Source: Gloeobacterales cyanobacterium (lineage in GTDB: Bacteria > Cyanobacteriota > Cyanobacteriia > Gloeobacterales > PMM-0068). Taken from it: a DNA stretch of 64,000 nucleotides. Below are positions 52,039 to 60,824 of this stretch, one piece after another; position 1 is the stretch's first letter; every line of letters starts with the position of its first letter. The translations under genes and the position numbers were made by a program. Location of the stretch: the NCBI GenBank assembly GCA_038245785.1, contig JBBRSB010000012.1:32001-96000 (forward strand). The letters run 5' to 3'. Below the pieces are notes generated by a model. That model saw only the letters and a program-made list of their open reading frames with translations. It ran no database searches and was not told the origin of the DNA.

Positions 52039-52944
52039 CTAAGATTGAATCTCTTTAAGCCATTCTAAATAACGCTTACTCAAATGATGGGCGGCAGGAT
52101 AAATGGAATTGGGACTCAAGAAGTGAGAGAACTCAAAGGTAATCAATTTATCTACTTGGGATGCTCGGGCTGCTTCTAGTTTGAATCTCAATTTAGGCCA
52201 GCCAATGGGAGGAAACTTGATCGGCATGTCTCGGTCAAAAGTTTCAACATTGGACCAGCACTTTAAACCATACTTTCGGGCCAGATTGCTATTAACGCGC
52301 AGATAATCAGGCAGCTCATCATAATGCACCTGACCATCTTGAAAAGCGACTATATCAACCAAGCCTTGAATCCGACTAAAGACTTCTTCCCACTCCTTTT
52401 CGTGTTCTTCTAAGGTAATGGCATCTTCAAATTGTTTGGTGCCTCGAACATAGGGGGAAATGAGGATCGGTAAGTTTTTTAGACTTCTTAGATGTTGAGC
52501 TAATTGCTCATAGACGCGCATCACCCCTTCATCAAAGGTATTAATTTCATGGGAGATATACCATCCTTGAAAAGCTTTGTGATGTCCATAGCGTTCCCAG
52601 ACTTCATCTACTAGAGCAAGATTGAGGTCTACTTCTTTTTGGTACTGCCCCGAATGCCAGAATTCCCCAGAGTCATAGGTGCCAAAGTAGAAAGCCATCC
52701 CATATTGCTCGGACAAATTTAGAAATAGCTCAACCAAATCCTCTTGCACGAGGAGAATCTTATTTGCTTTAGCCAATACTTTCGAGGGAAACGTCGCTTT
52801 GTCTTGGTAGCCAACCCGAATCAGGATAACCGTATCAATTCCAGCCGTTTGCATCGCCTGAAAATCCTGCTCCCACTCCTGCGCACTCCAATTGGCAGCA
52901 GGAATATCGTGGCTAATTTCATCTAAAAAGGTTCCGGTGATCAT
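52039..52944 (-). CDS. DUF4434-type putative glycoside hydrolase (TIM barrel)
   Basis: ITGTFLDE, W..DF.AM..GIDTVI, GWYISHE, FQDG, WSNVETF, ITFEFSHF. Confidence 0.75.
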   Translation of the reverse strand: MITGTFLDEISHDIPAANWSAQEWEQDFQAMQTAGIDTVILIRVGYQDKATFPSKVLAKANKILLVQEDLVELFLNLSEQYGMAFYFGTYDSGEFWHSGQYQKEVDLNLALVDEVWERYGHHKAFQGWYISHEINTFDEGVMRVYEQLAQHLRSLKNLPILISPYVRGTKQFEDAITLEEHEKEWEEVFSRIQGLVDIVAFQDGQVHYDELPDYLRVNSNLARKYGLKCWSNVETFDRDMPIKFPPIGWPKLRFKLEAARASQVDKLITFEFSHFLSPNSIYPAAHHLSKRYLEWLKEIQS

Positions 52945-52949
52945 AGGTG

Positions 52950-53774
52950 TTAGGCGTTCTGACGAATGGGTCCTTCCGTGAGGCCAGCAAAGAATTGCTT
53001 CACAAACGGATTATCAGTAGTGTCAATTTCATCGGTTTTACCCATCCATTGAACTTTACCTTCGTAGAGCAAGACTACACGGTCGGCAGAACGGCGGATA
53101 GTACTTTCTTGGTGCGTAACGATGAGGTAAGACTCACAGGTGCGTTCTCGCCATAAGCCCCTGATTACATCTTCTATCCGAGTCGAAGCGATTGGGTCGA
53201 GTCCTGCCGTCGGTTCATCGTAAAGAAGAATTTGGGGTTGGTCATCGGGATCATTGGGGTCTTCCATAATGGCACGGGCAAAACTCACTCGTGTCCGCAT
53301 CCCTCCAGAAAGTTCTGCTGGGAAGAGTTGCTCGGTGCCTGCCAGACCGACTAGAGCTAGTTTTTCTTTGACCAGTTCTCGTACACGTTCTCTGGATAGT
53401 TTGGAGTGCTGATACAGAATAAAGCCAACATTCTCATCCACGTTTAAAGAGTCAAAGAGAGCGGCCTGTTGGAAAACCATGCCAATTTGGAAAGGCATTG
53501 AGTCTCCATTGGCCAAATTCCCTGCTATCACTTGGCCCCCAACGCGCACGGTCCCTTCATCGGGGGCTAAGAGCCCGCAAATGATTCGCAGAATCGTGGA
53601 TTTACCCGTACCGGAAGGACCAACAAGGGCTACGGCTTCGCCCGAGTAAATGTCTAGGTCTATGCCATCGAGGATCACTTTGTCGCCAAAGCGCTTTTTC
53701 AACCCCCTGATTTCAATAATCGGGCGGTTCGGATCACAGTTTTCTTTGGGAGGAGAGGTAGAAGGAGCAACCAT
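52950..53774 (-). CDS. MlaF/TGD3-type ABC ATP-binding protein (lipid transport)
   Basis: GPSGTGKS, FQQAALFDSL, LSGGM, LYDEPTAGLDPI, FFAG...GPI. Confidence 0.88.
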   Translation of the reverse strand: MVAPSTSPPKENCDPNRPIIEIRGLKKRFGDKVILDGIDLDIYSGEAVALVGPSGTGKSTILRIICGLLAPDEGTVRVGGQVIAGNLANGDSMPFQIGMVFQQAALFDSLNVDENVGFILYQHSKLSRERVRELVKEKLALVGLAGTEQLFPAELSGGMRTRVSFARAIMEDPNDPDDQPQILLYDEPTAGLDPIASTRIEDVIRGLWRERTCESYLIVTHQESTIRRSADRVVLLYEGKVQWMGKTDEIDTTDNPFVKQFFAGLTEGPIRQNA

Positions 53775-53823
53775 AGTCTTACTTTAACGGCACAAAAGAA
53801 ATCATGGCGAGGATGCGCAAAAA

Positions 53824-54432
53824 TCAACTCGTACGATCAGCCTCGGTCAGTCTCCTGATTGTCGCTAGACGATCTTCCCCTTGCCATAACCCACTGCCTA
53901 TGCCAACTGCACTCGCACCTGCTCTTAGGTAATCATGGGCATTCTGAAAACCTACTCCCCCACAGGCAAAAAGGGGAATTTCAGGAAACACTTGCTTCAG
54001 CGAACGTACATACTCTGGGCCACCTAGATGAGCCGGAAAGAGTTTTACAAAATCTGTCCCCAGATGCCAAGCCTGGATAATTTCTGTGGGCGTATAGGCT
54101 CCTGCACAGGCCAAGATACCCGCCTCTTGCGCACAGCGGACTAAGGCAGCATCCGTATGGGGAGAAACCAGAAATTGAGCGCCTGCCGCCACGGCTTTTT
54201 GTGCTTCCACTAGAGAACGCACCGTGCCTGCGCCCAGCGTACAGGTCGGAGAATAACTTGGGAGGTCACGGATAAGTTCACGGATCACATCTCCAAAGTC
54301 TGGAACTGTACAGGTGATTTCAAGCCATTGAATGCCCCCCAATAAGCACAGTCTTGCTCGCGCTAAGGCTGTTTCTGAATCAGGAGCGCGTACGACAGCG
54401 ACCACACGAGCTTCTCTAAAATTTCTATTCAC
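53824..54432 (-). CDS. eda: KDPG/KHG aldolase
   Basis: VAVVR, LEIT, GAGTV, GAQFLVSP, TPTE, VKLFPA, GGV. Confidence 0.9.
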   Translation of the reverse strand: MNRNFREARVVAVVRAPDSETALARARLCLLGGIQWLEITCTVPDFGDVIRELIRDLPSYSPTCTLGAGTVRSLVEAQKAVAAGAQFLVSPHTDAALVRCAQEAGILACAGAYTPTEIIQAWHLGTDFVKLFPAHLGGPEYVRSLKQVFPEIPLFACGGVGFQNAHDYLRAGASAVGIGSGLWQGEDRLATIRRLTEADRTS

Positions 54433-54657
54433 TTCTGTAATATTCCCGTAATATTACGGCGGTAAGTAGAACCAAAGAACCATAGTCCTTTTCCACAGCG
54501 ATGGGGTTTACTAATTTTTCTAAGGTTTTCAAGCGCTACACCTTGTGTTTCGCAAATCCGTTGTTATTCTAGTTCAGAAGACCTACTAGGATATGGGTTA
54601 GCAATCGTTCACACTCTTTTCAAGAGGTCTTCGAGCGCTTCTGCGCATTCATATTAG

Positions 54658-56742
54658 TTGTTGGAATCGCCCATGCAGGCTCTCACTTTCGCCCTCCCCC
54701 TCGATTTTTATCAAATTCTCAATGTGCCGCACAACGCCCATGTGCGGCAGGTAGAGCAGGCTTTTTCAGACCGTAAGGAACAACATCCCCGTGCGGATTT
54801 CTCTGAAGCGGTCAAACAAGAACGGCAAAACCTGATTCTTCGAGCCTACGAAACCTTGAAGGACCCAGAGGAACGGAGCCAGTACGACCAAAATTTGGCA
54901 GTATCCACAGCAAAACTTCAACTAGAGCATCATCAGCTTGTGGCAGGTCTGATTCTACTGCTAGAAAGTGGTGAGGCTCCAGAAGTACTCTCTTCGATTC
55001 GCTCTTTTCAGCCCAGCTTTTCCAGCGGCGCTGGTTCTTCCTTCTCGGAGCAAGATTTTGCGCTGCTTGCTATCCTTGCTCATAAAGAACTAGCCCAAGA
55101 GTTGCGATTGAGAGGTCAGTTGGAAGCGGCGGCGGCAGAACTAGAAGCCGTTTCTGTCCGCCTCCAGGACTCGGGTAAATTTCTCTCTTTGCAAAAAGAA
55201 CTGAATCAGTGGCTTCTCCATATCCGGCCGGAGCGCGTGCTCACCTTGCTAAAAAGTGAGAATCCTGAATCTAGAACTTTAGGAATTACCCTTTTTCAGC
55301 AATGGTTAGAGGAACGTGAGGGTATAGAAGGGAATGGTTCGGATGGCTCTGGCTTGGACCGTAATGGCCTCTTTCAGTTTCTTGAGACCGTGCTACCGCT
55401 CTTAGATGGCGATGAGCAGCTCCAGATTTTTGCTATCGAAGCAGAGCGTCCTTCGGTCGCAGCAGCCTATCTCGCAGCCCAAGCGCTCCTTGCTCAAGGC
55501 TACGCTGCGGGGGATCCTCATGCGGTGCGTAGAGCGAGAGGCTATTTCATCCGTCTCAATCAACGCCGAGATGTTCATATCGAGTTGGCGGTGTGCGCTT
55601 TGCTGCTAGGTCAAGCAGAAGAAGCAGAAAGAGCGCTCGTACACAGTAAAGAAACAGGCATCCTTGATATCATTAAGCAGCGTTCTGCAGGTTCTCCCGA
55701 TCTCTTACCAGGTCTTTGTCAGTATGCGGAAGAATGGCTAGGGACGTTGACCCGCCAGATTCGGAACCTCAAGAGTCCAGATGAAAAAGAAGCACGTTCG
55801 TTAAAAGCTTACTTCGCTCATTCAGGAGTACAAACTTACTTGGAAAATCTATCTGGTGATGAGAACGGACAAAAAGAGGGTGATGCGCTCAATCCTCTTT
55901 ATTTAGAGCAAGGTCGTTCACCCTCAAAAGCCCCCCTGAGGGACAATCTCGTCGTAGCTCAGCGGACAAGGTTGAATACTCCACCGCAGAAGAAGACTGG
56001 AACACGTCCACCGGAAAATGGAAGACGTAGACGCAGAGGCTCCTCAGTTAGCCCTGATGCGGTCAGAAAACTGGGCTGGGCAGCAGCCGTAATGACGGTT
56101 GTAGTCTGCGGCAGCTTTATTGCCTATCGGAACAGTGTTATTAATAAAGCGGCTCCAGATACCGTTGCCGTTGCACCTGTAGCTGTACAACAGCCTCCAG
56201 TGACGAATACCGCTGCTCCACAACCCGTTACGCCACCAGCAGCAGCAATTGACAATGGAGTAGGGACTCCCCCTGCGACACAGGCGGTTGAAACAACTAC
56301 CCCTCCTCCGGCGGCGACAACCACCGCAGCAGCGTCCACTACCACAACACCCGCCACCGCCGATAAAGTGACGCCTGAAGTAGCTGGTCAGCTCATCACC
56401 AATTGGCAGAAACGCAAGGCTGAGGCTTTAGGCTCTGGACGTAAGTTTGCTGGTCTTGCGGAAGTTTTAGCAGAACCGGAATTGTCTCGATGGAAAAGCC
56501 GAGCCCAAGGAATGCCTGGAAAGGCCCAATGGAACTACACGCTCAAGGATCTTAAAGTCTCTAAGGTCACCCCCAAAGGCCCCACAAAAGTAGATGTAAC
56601 GGCTGAAGTATCTGAAAATGCGGAATTTTTGGTCGGAGGCAAGAAGAACGAAGCCCGCTCCTACAACAAACCCTATACAGCAACGTATACGTTAGTCCGG
56701 CAGAATGACCAATGGAAAATTATCCAGATGAAGGTCCTTTAG
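54658..56742 (+). CDS. ftn2: Cell division protein Ftn2/ZipN (ARC6 homolog)
   Basis: LPLDFYQIL J-like domain, AVCALLLGQ, DLLPGLC.Y.E.WL, TM helix and C-terminal IMS/DUF4101 (WQ..KAEALG). Confidence 0.88.
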   Translation: MLESPMQALTFALPLDFYQILNVPHNAHVRQVEQAFSDRKEQHPRADFSEAVKQERQNLILRAYETLKDPEERSQYDQNLAVSTAKLQLEHHQLVAGLILLLESGEAPEVLSSIRSFQPSFSSGAGSSFSEQDFALLAILAHKELAQELRLRGQLEAAAAELEAVSVRLQDSGKFLSLQKELNQWLLHIRPERVLTLLKSENPESRTLGITLFQQWLEEREGIEGNGSDGSGLDRNGLFQFLETVLPLLDGDEQLQIFAIEAERPSVAAAYLAAQALLAQGYAAGDPHAVRRARGYFIRLNQRRDVHIELAVCALLLGQAEEAERALVHSKETGILDIIKQRSAGSPDLLPGLCQYAEEWLGTLTRQIRNLKSPDEKEARSLKAYFAHSGVQTYLENLSGDENGQKEGDALNPLYLEQGRSPSKAPLRDNLVVAQRTRLNTPPQKKTGTRPPENGRRRRRGSSVSPDAVRKLGWAAAVMTVVVCGSFIAYRNSVINKAAPDTVAVAPVAVQQPPVTNTAAPQPVTPPAAAIDNGVGTPPATQAVETTTPPPAATTTAAASTTTTPATADKVTPEVAGQLITNWQKRKAEALGSGRKFAGLAEVLAEPELSRWKSRAQGMPGKAQWNYTLKDLKVSKVTPKGPTKVDVTAEVSENAEFLVGGKKNEARSYNKPYTATYTLVRQNDQWKIIQMKVL

Positions 56743-56771
56743 TTCCAACAAAACAGAGTTAGGGCCTGCTT

Positions 56772-57485
56772 ATGGCAGTACAACTTGATAAAGTCGTACC
56801 CTTTGGCCGCTCCCTTATGGAATATAAACTCATGTTCCAGCTCTCCTCTCAAGATATGGAACGGGAGATCTTGGATATCGCGGGAGGTCCTGCTAGCTTT
56901 AATGCCGAGATGTCTCAGCTCGGTTATACCGTTATCTCGATTGATCCCGTTTATGCATTCACGGGTCAAGAGATTCAAAAACGATTTGATGCGTGTGTAG
57001 ACAACATCATTGAACAAGTTAAGTCAAGTCCCGATGATTGGATCTGGAATTATCACAAATCTGCTGACGATCTGCGCAGTAATCGAGAGAAGGCTCTAGC
57101 GCTTTTTCTTTCCGATTATGAAAAAGGAAAAGCTGAATATCGTTATCTCGCGGGAGAACTGCCTGATCTGCCAACAGACAAAAAGTACGATTTAGTTCTA
57201 TGCTCACACTTCTTATTTCTCTATTCAAAACAGCTCAGCTATGATTTCCATCAACAGGCTATTTTGAAATTATTAGAACATTCGAATGAACTTAGGATTT
57301 TTCCCTTGCTAACCCTAGAGTTACAGCGCTCACCCCATCTGGATTTGATACGGGAAGAATTGAATCAACAAGGCTACACCTCGGAAATAATCAAAGTAGA
57401 CTATGAAATCCAACGGGGTGGAAATGAGATGCTGAAGATTCAAGGGCCCTCACCCCGGCCCTCTCCCGCAGGAGAGGGAGTCTAG
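56772..57485 (+). CDS. SAM-dependent methyltransferase
   Basis: PFGRS..EY..MF.L, LDIAGGPASFNAE, LVLCSHFLFLYS, QRGGNEML. Confidence 0.82.
   Translation: MAVQLDKVVPFGRSLMEYKLMFQLSSQDMEREILDIAGGPASFNAEMSQLGYTVISIDPVYAFTGQEIQKRFDACVDNIIEQVKSSPDDWIWNYHKSADDLRSNREKALALFLSDYEKGKAEYRYLAGELPDLPTDKKYDLVLCSHFLFLYSKQLSYDFHQQAILKLLEHSNELRIFPLLTLELQRSPHLDLIREELNQQGYTSEIIKVDYEIQRGGNEMLKIQGPSPRPSPAGEGV
57447..57481 (+). repeat. Left GC-rich palindromic repeat flanking the DUF559 gene
   Basis: ccctcaccccgg-ccctctcc-cgca-ggagaggg-agt. Confidence 0.8.
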
Positions 57486-57531
57486 ATAATTCTGGGTATT
57501 CTTTGGGTGGGGCTATCTGGCAACCATTCAG

Positions 57532-57909
57532 ATGGATGAGGAGATTGCTAGGTTATTCGGTTGTAGGCGACAAATTCCACGAGTATTGCTGCAACGTGCG
57601 CGTGAACTCAGAGACCGACAAACTTCAGCCGAAACAGTGCTTTGGGAGTGTTTGCGAGACCGCAGTTTGCTGGATGCCAAGTTTCGTCGACAGCACAATA
57701 TAGGACGATACATTGCTGATTTTTACTGCCATGCATCTCTTTTAGTGGTTGAGGTGGATGGAGAAATTCATGATCTCCAACAGGCCAAGGACGCAGAACG
57801 TGATGCTTGGATGCAGTCCCATGGCCTGATTGTTCTCCGATTCAAGAATCACCAAGTTTTTGAGGATCTTGAGGAAGTATTGAACACGATTGCAGCGCAC
57901 CTTATGTGA
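57532..57909 (+). CDS. DUF559 / Vsr-like endonuclease domain protein
   Basis: ARELR..QT.AE..LW..LR, KFRRQH.IG.YI.DFYC, LVVEVDG..H, D..RD, G..VLRF.N. Confidence 0.93.
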   Translation: MDEEIARLFGCRRQIPRVLLQRARELRDRQTSAETVLWECLRDRSLLDAKFRRQHNIGRYIADFYCHASLLVVEVDGEIHDLQQAKDAERDAWMQSHGLIVLRFKNHQVFEDLEEVLNTIAAHLM

Positions 57910-57912
57910 AAA

Positions 57913-57953
57913 ACTCCCCTTCTCCTATGGGAGAAGGGGCCGGGGGATGAGGG
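57913..57953 (-). repeat. Right GC-rich palindromic repeat flanking the DUF559 gene, inverted relative to the left one
   Basis: Reverse complement ccctcatcccccgg-ccccttctcc-cata-ggagaagggg-agt. Confidence 0.8.
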
Positions 57954-57965
57954 TAAAATAGCGAA

Positions 57966-58814
57966 ATGTCACACACTATCAATCTTCTCCTCACCGCTGA
58001 TGTCATGGGTCGTCCTGGCCGTAGACTATTGGCGGCGCTGGTTCCCCAATTACGTAGGCACTATGACCTCCATGGGGTGTTCATTAATGGAGAGAACGTT
58101 GCTCACGGTTTCGGTATGGGGCTCAAGCAATACAAAGAACTTTGTGATGCAGGTGTTGATGGCTTTTCTATGGGTAACCACGTTTGGGACCAAAGAGAAC
58201 TTATAGAGTTTATTGACCAAGTGCCGAATATTATCCGGCCAGCCAACTTTCCTCCCGGTACACCTGGGAAAGGGGCTGCGGTTGTAGATTGTCAGAATAG
58301 TGCTGGACAGATTGCTTCTGTTGGCATGGTCAACATCATGGGTCGAGTGTTTATGCAGGCCCTGGATTGTCCTTTCCAAGTTGTGGACCGAGAAGTCAGT
58401 GCTCTTAAAGTTGAAACTCCGGTTATTTGGGTAGATGTTCATGCAGAGGCAAGTAGTGAGAAACAAGCCATGGGTTGGTATCTGGCGGGTCAGGTAACTG
58501 CCGTAACCGGTTCTCATAGCCATGTGCAAACTGCTGATGAACGGATTTTGCCCGGTGGCACTGCCTTCATTACCGATATTGGTCTGACCGGACCAATGGA
58601 TGGAGTGATTGGAATGGAAAAAGAAGGAGCTATTTATCGCATGGTAAAGCAAATGCCTGCCCGTCTGAATGTATTGGAAACAGGAGCAGTACAGTTTTGT
58701 GGGTTGCTCCTCGAAGTGGACCCGGAAACAGGGAAAACGCTTGCTCTAGAAAGGCTTCAGTATCGTTATGAAACGATTGAAGAAGCGGAATCGAGCTGCT
58801 TATTCCCTAGTTAA
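57966..58814 (+). CDS. ymdB: YmdB-like (TIGR00282) metallophosphoesterase
   Basis: DVMGRPGR, NGEN..HG.G, MGNHVWD, DVHAEASSEK, GSHSHVQTAD. Confidence 0.9.
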   Translation: MSHTINLLLTADVMGRPGRRLLAALVPQLRRHYDLHGVFINGENVAHGFGMGLKQYKELCDAGVDGFSMGNHVWDQRELIEFIDQVPNIIRPANFPPGTPGKGAAVVDCQNSAGQIASVGMVNIMGRVFMQALDCPFQVVDREVSALKVETPVIWVDVHAEASSEKQAMGWYLAGQVTAVTGSHSHVQTADERILPGGTAFITDIGLTGPMDGVIGMEKEGAIYRMVKQMPARLNVLETGAVQFCGLLLEVDPETGKTLALERLQYRYETIEEAESSCLFPS

Positions 58815-59288
58815 ATTTCGTTCATCCATAGTTTGTAGAATTTCTTGAGCAACGGGAGCGTTCCCTGAGGCCATTCCTAAAGCTTTTGCAAAGGCTTCTC
58901 GTGCTTTGTCCTTCTCTGCCAGGTCATCCAGAATCAAGGCAAGATTATATTGAGCTTTGAAATGGTCCGGCTTGATTGCCAGGGTTTTACGGAAGGCATC
59001 ACGGGCTTCTGATTTTTTGCCTGCTTCAGACATTAAGAGACCCATATTGTAATAGAGCGAAGCATTCTGCTTACTGAGTTTCTTTTCGCTATCGAGTTTA
59101 GCCGCTGTTCCATACGTGGTGATCGCAGATGATCTATAACCACTGTCGGCCAGGGTATTTGCTTCATGCATCATGTCTGCAATCCGGTCTGCCCATGCGG
59201 GCGTAGATAGACTCACCATACCGGCGAGCGCGAGACTCCCTACTGTTAAGAGATCTTGTTGAAAAAGTTTCATGTTCTTACTCTTCAC
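58800..59288 (-). CDS. Secreted TPR protein
   Basis: Signal peptide ending PAWA; YYNMG..., AQYNLA TPR motifs. Confidence 0.8.
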   Translation of the reverse strand: MKSKNMKLFQQDLLTVGSLALAGMVSLSTPAWADRIADMMHEANTLADSGYRSSAITTYGTAAKLDSEKKLSKQNASLYYNMGLLMSEAGKKSEARDAFRKTLAIKPDHFKAQYNLALILDDLAEKDKAREAFAKALGMASGNAPVAQEILQTMDERNLTRE

Positions 59289-59340
59289 ACTCCATCACTT
59301 CTTGACGCCATTCAGATGTCCCTCTGTTCCTGATCTAAGA

Positions 59341-60723
59341 CTAGGATAGGCGTTGAAGGGTCACGGTTGCGGCTTGCGTGATCAGAGGTCCTAAAGTTTT
59401 TCCCACTACCCCTAAATGTTTCTCCGCTAAGAAACGGGCTCGTCCTGCATAAATGGCTGTGCGCAGTTTAACCTGTGAATGGTCTGCCTTATAAGTCAGG
59501 ACATTGTGCCCAGCCCGCTTCCATTCGGGCCGTCCATCCGCTTCTGTTTCGGTGAGTTTGCCTTCTGAAACTACGCGGTCAAAGAGGGCAGTTCCCGGCA
59601 AAGGATAGGTAATAGTGAAACTCAAATAATCCAAGGGCAGGGTTGGGATGAAACGCAGCGTATCTAACATTTCTGAGGTTGTTTCGCCAGGATAACCAAT
59701 TTGGAAAAAGGCTGCCGGTTTTATACCGACTTGTTGGGCGGCATGGATGGCGTTATGGACTTTTTCTGGGGTGAATTTTTTGCCCATCTGTTTTAAGACG
59801 CGCATCGAACCAGATTCTACCCCAAAGAATATCCGGTCGCAGCCTGCTTCTGCCATTTTGGTAAACACTTTAGGATTGACATCCACTCGGCCTAGACAAT
59901 CCCATTTAAATTTCAGTCCACGGGCCAAAATTTCATCGCAGATTTTCAAGGAGCGCTGCCAATTGAGCATGAAAATATCATCGGCAAACCAGACACGGTC
60001 GTAGCCATCGGCCAAGGCTTGTTCAATGTCCGTCATTACTTGCTCTACCGTGTGCTCCCGATAGGTAGCACCAAAGATCGGCTGGTCACAGTATTCACAG
60101 CCATAGGGACAGCCCCGTGCCGTGAATACTGTGGTTTGCTTATAGCCAAAGTGTTTTTCCCAATAAGGCAGATAGCCCTGATGGTCAAATTGAGTGCGGT
60201 CCGGCATCGGCACCTGTTCAAGGAGGTCTTTAGCCATGAGCGGCAAGCGGGGATTTTGAACTATTTTTCCCTGCTCGTCTTTATAGCAAAGGCTTTCCAG
60301 GTCGTTACAGGCTTGGTTAGCGTGGAGACGTCCTAGCAGTTTTTCCCAGACCAGTTCTCCTTCTCCCTGCATCACAAAATCAAAGAGGGGCAAGAAAAGC
60401 TTGGGATTGCCAGAAGGCATTGGGCCGCCAGCGATTAAGGGAACAGAATTTCCCAGTTTCTCCCGCAGCTGCTGACTTATGTATTCCGCATCTTCCCGCA
60501 TGGTCACCATGCAATAGACGCCAATCGCTTTCGGATTTTCCCGAATCGCCTCTTCCACCGCCCAATCGGTTCCCTTGAAGGTACAGTCCAAAAGTCGGAC
60601 GGTGAAACCTTTGCTCTGGAGATAGCTAGCGATAAAGCCTTGGCCTAAGGGCGGAAAGAGCCAGAGATTGCGCCGGGGATTCTCTCGGTGGACATAGGGA
60701 TAAATTAGAACAAGGTCAGCCAT
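59341..60723 (-). CDS. B12-binding domain radical SAM protein
   Basis: PPLG, AGGP, GEGE, RGCPYGCEYC, FADD, GVESGS, IGYPGET. Confidence 0.92.
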   Translation of the reverse strand: MADLVLIYPYVHRENPRRNLWLFPPLGQGFIASYLQSKGFTVRLLDCTFKGTDWAVEEAIRENPKAIGVYCMVTMREDAEYISQQLREKLGNSVPLIAGGPMPSGNPKLFLPLFDFVMQGEGELVWEKLLGRLHANQACNDLESLCYKDEQGKIVQNPRLPLMAKDLLEQVPMPDRTQFDHQGYLPYWEKHFGYKQTTVFTARGCPYGCEYCDQPIFGATYREHTVEQVMTDIEQALADGYDRVWFADDIFMLNWQRSLKICDEILARGLKFKWDCLGRVDVNPKVFTKMAEAGCDRIFFGVESGSMRVLKQMGKKFTPEKVHNAIHAAQQVGIKPAAFFQIGYPGETTSEMLDTLRFIPTLPLDYLSFTITYPLPGTALFDRVVSEGKLTETEADGRPEWKRAGHNVLTYKADHSQVKLRTAIYAGRARFLAEKHLGVVGKTLGPLITQAATVTLQRLS

Positions 60724-60824
60724 GACTTCATGCTTTGGGATCGCCCTCTAGCGTAGCAACGGAAGCCTATCTTGCTCTATTCTCATCCACTGGACTTAAC
60801 AAGTCCTTTCGTTTACGAACCCAC

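Noticed and set aside
56150..56365. Thr/Pro/Ala-rich repetitive stretch
   Set aside because: In-frame flexible linker of Ftn2, not an inserted element.
58050..58652. 200-aa minus-strand ORF and similar long shadow ORFs (e.g. 25582-26130, 16576-17103, 2840-3352)
   Set aside because: Antisense shadows of well-supported conserved genes.
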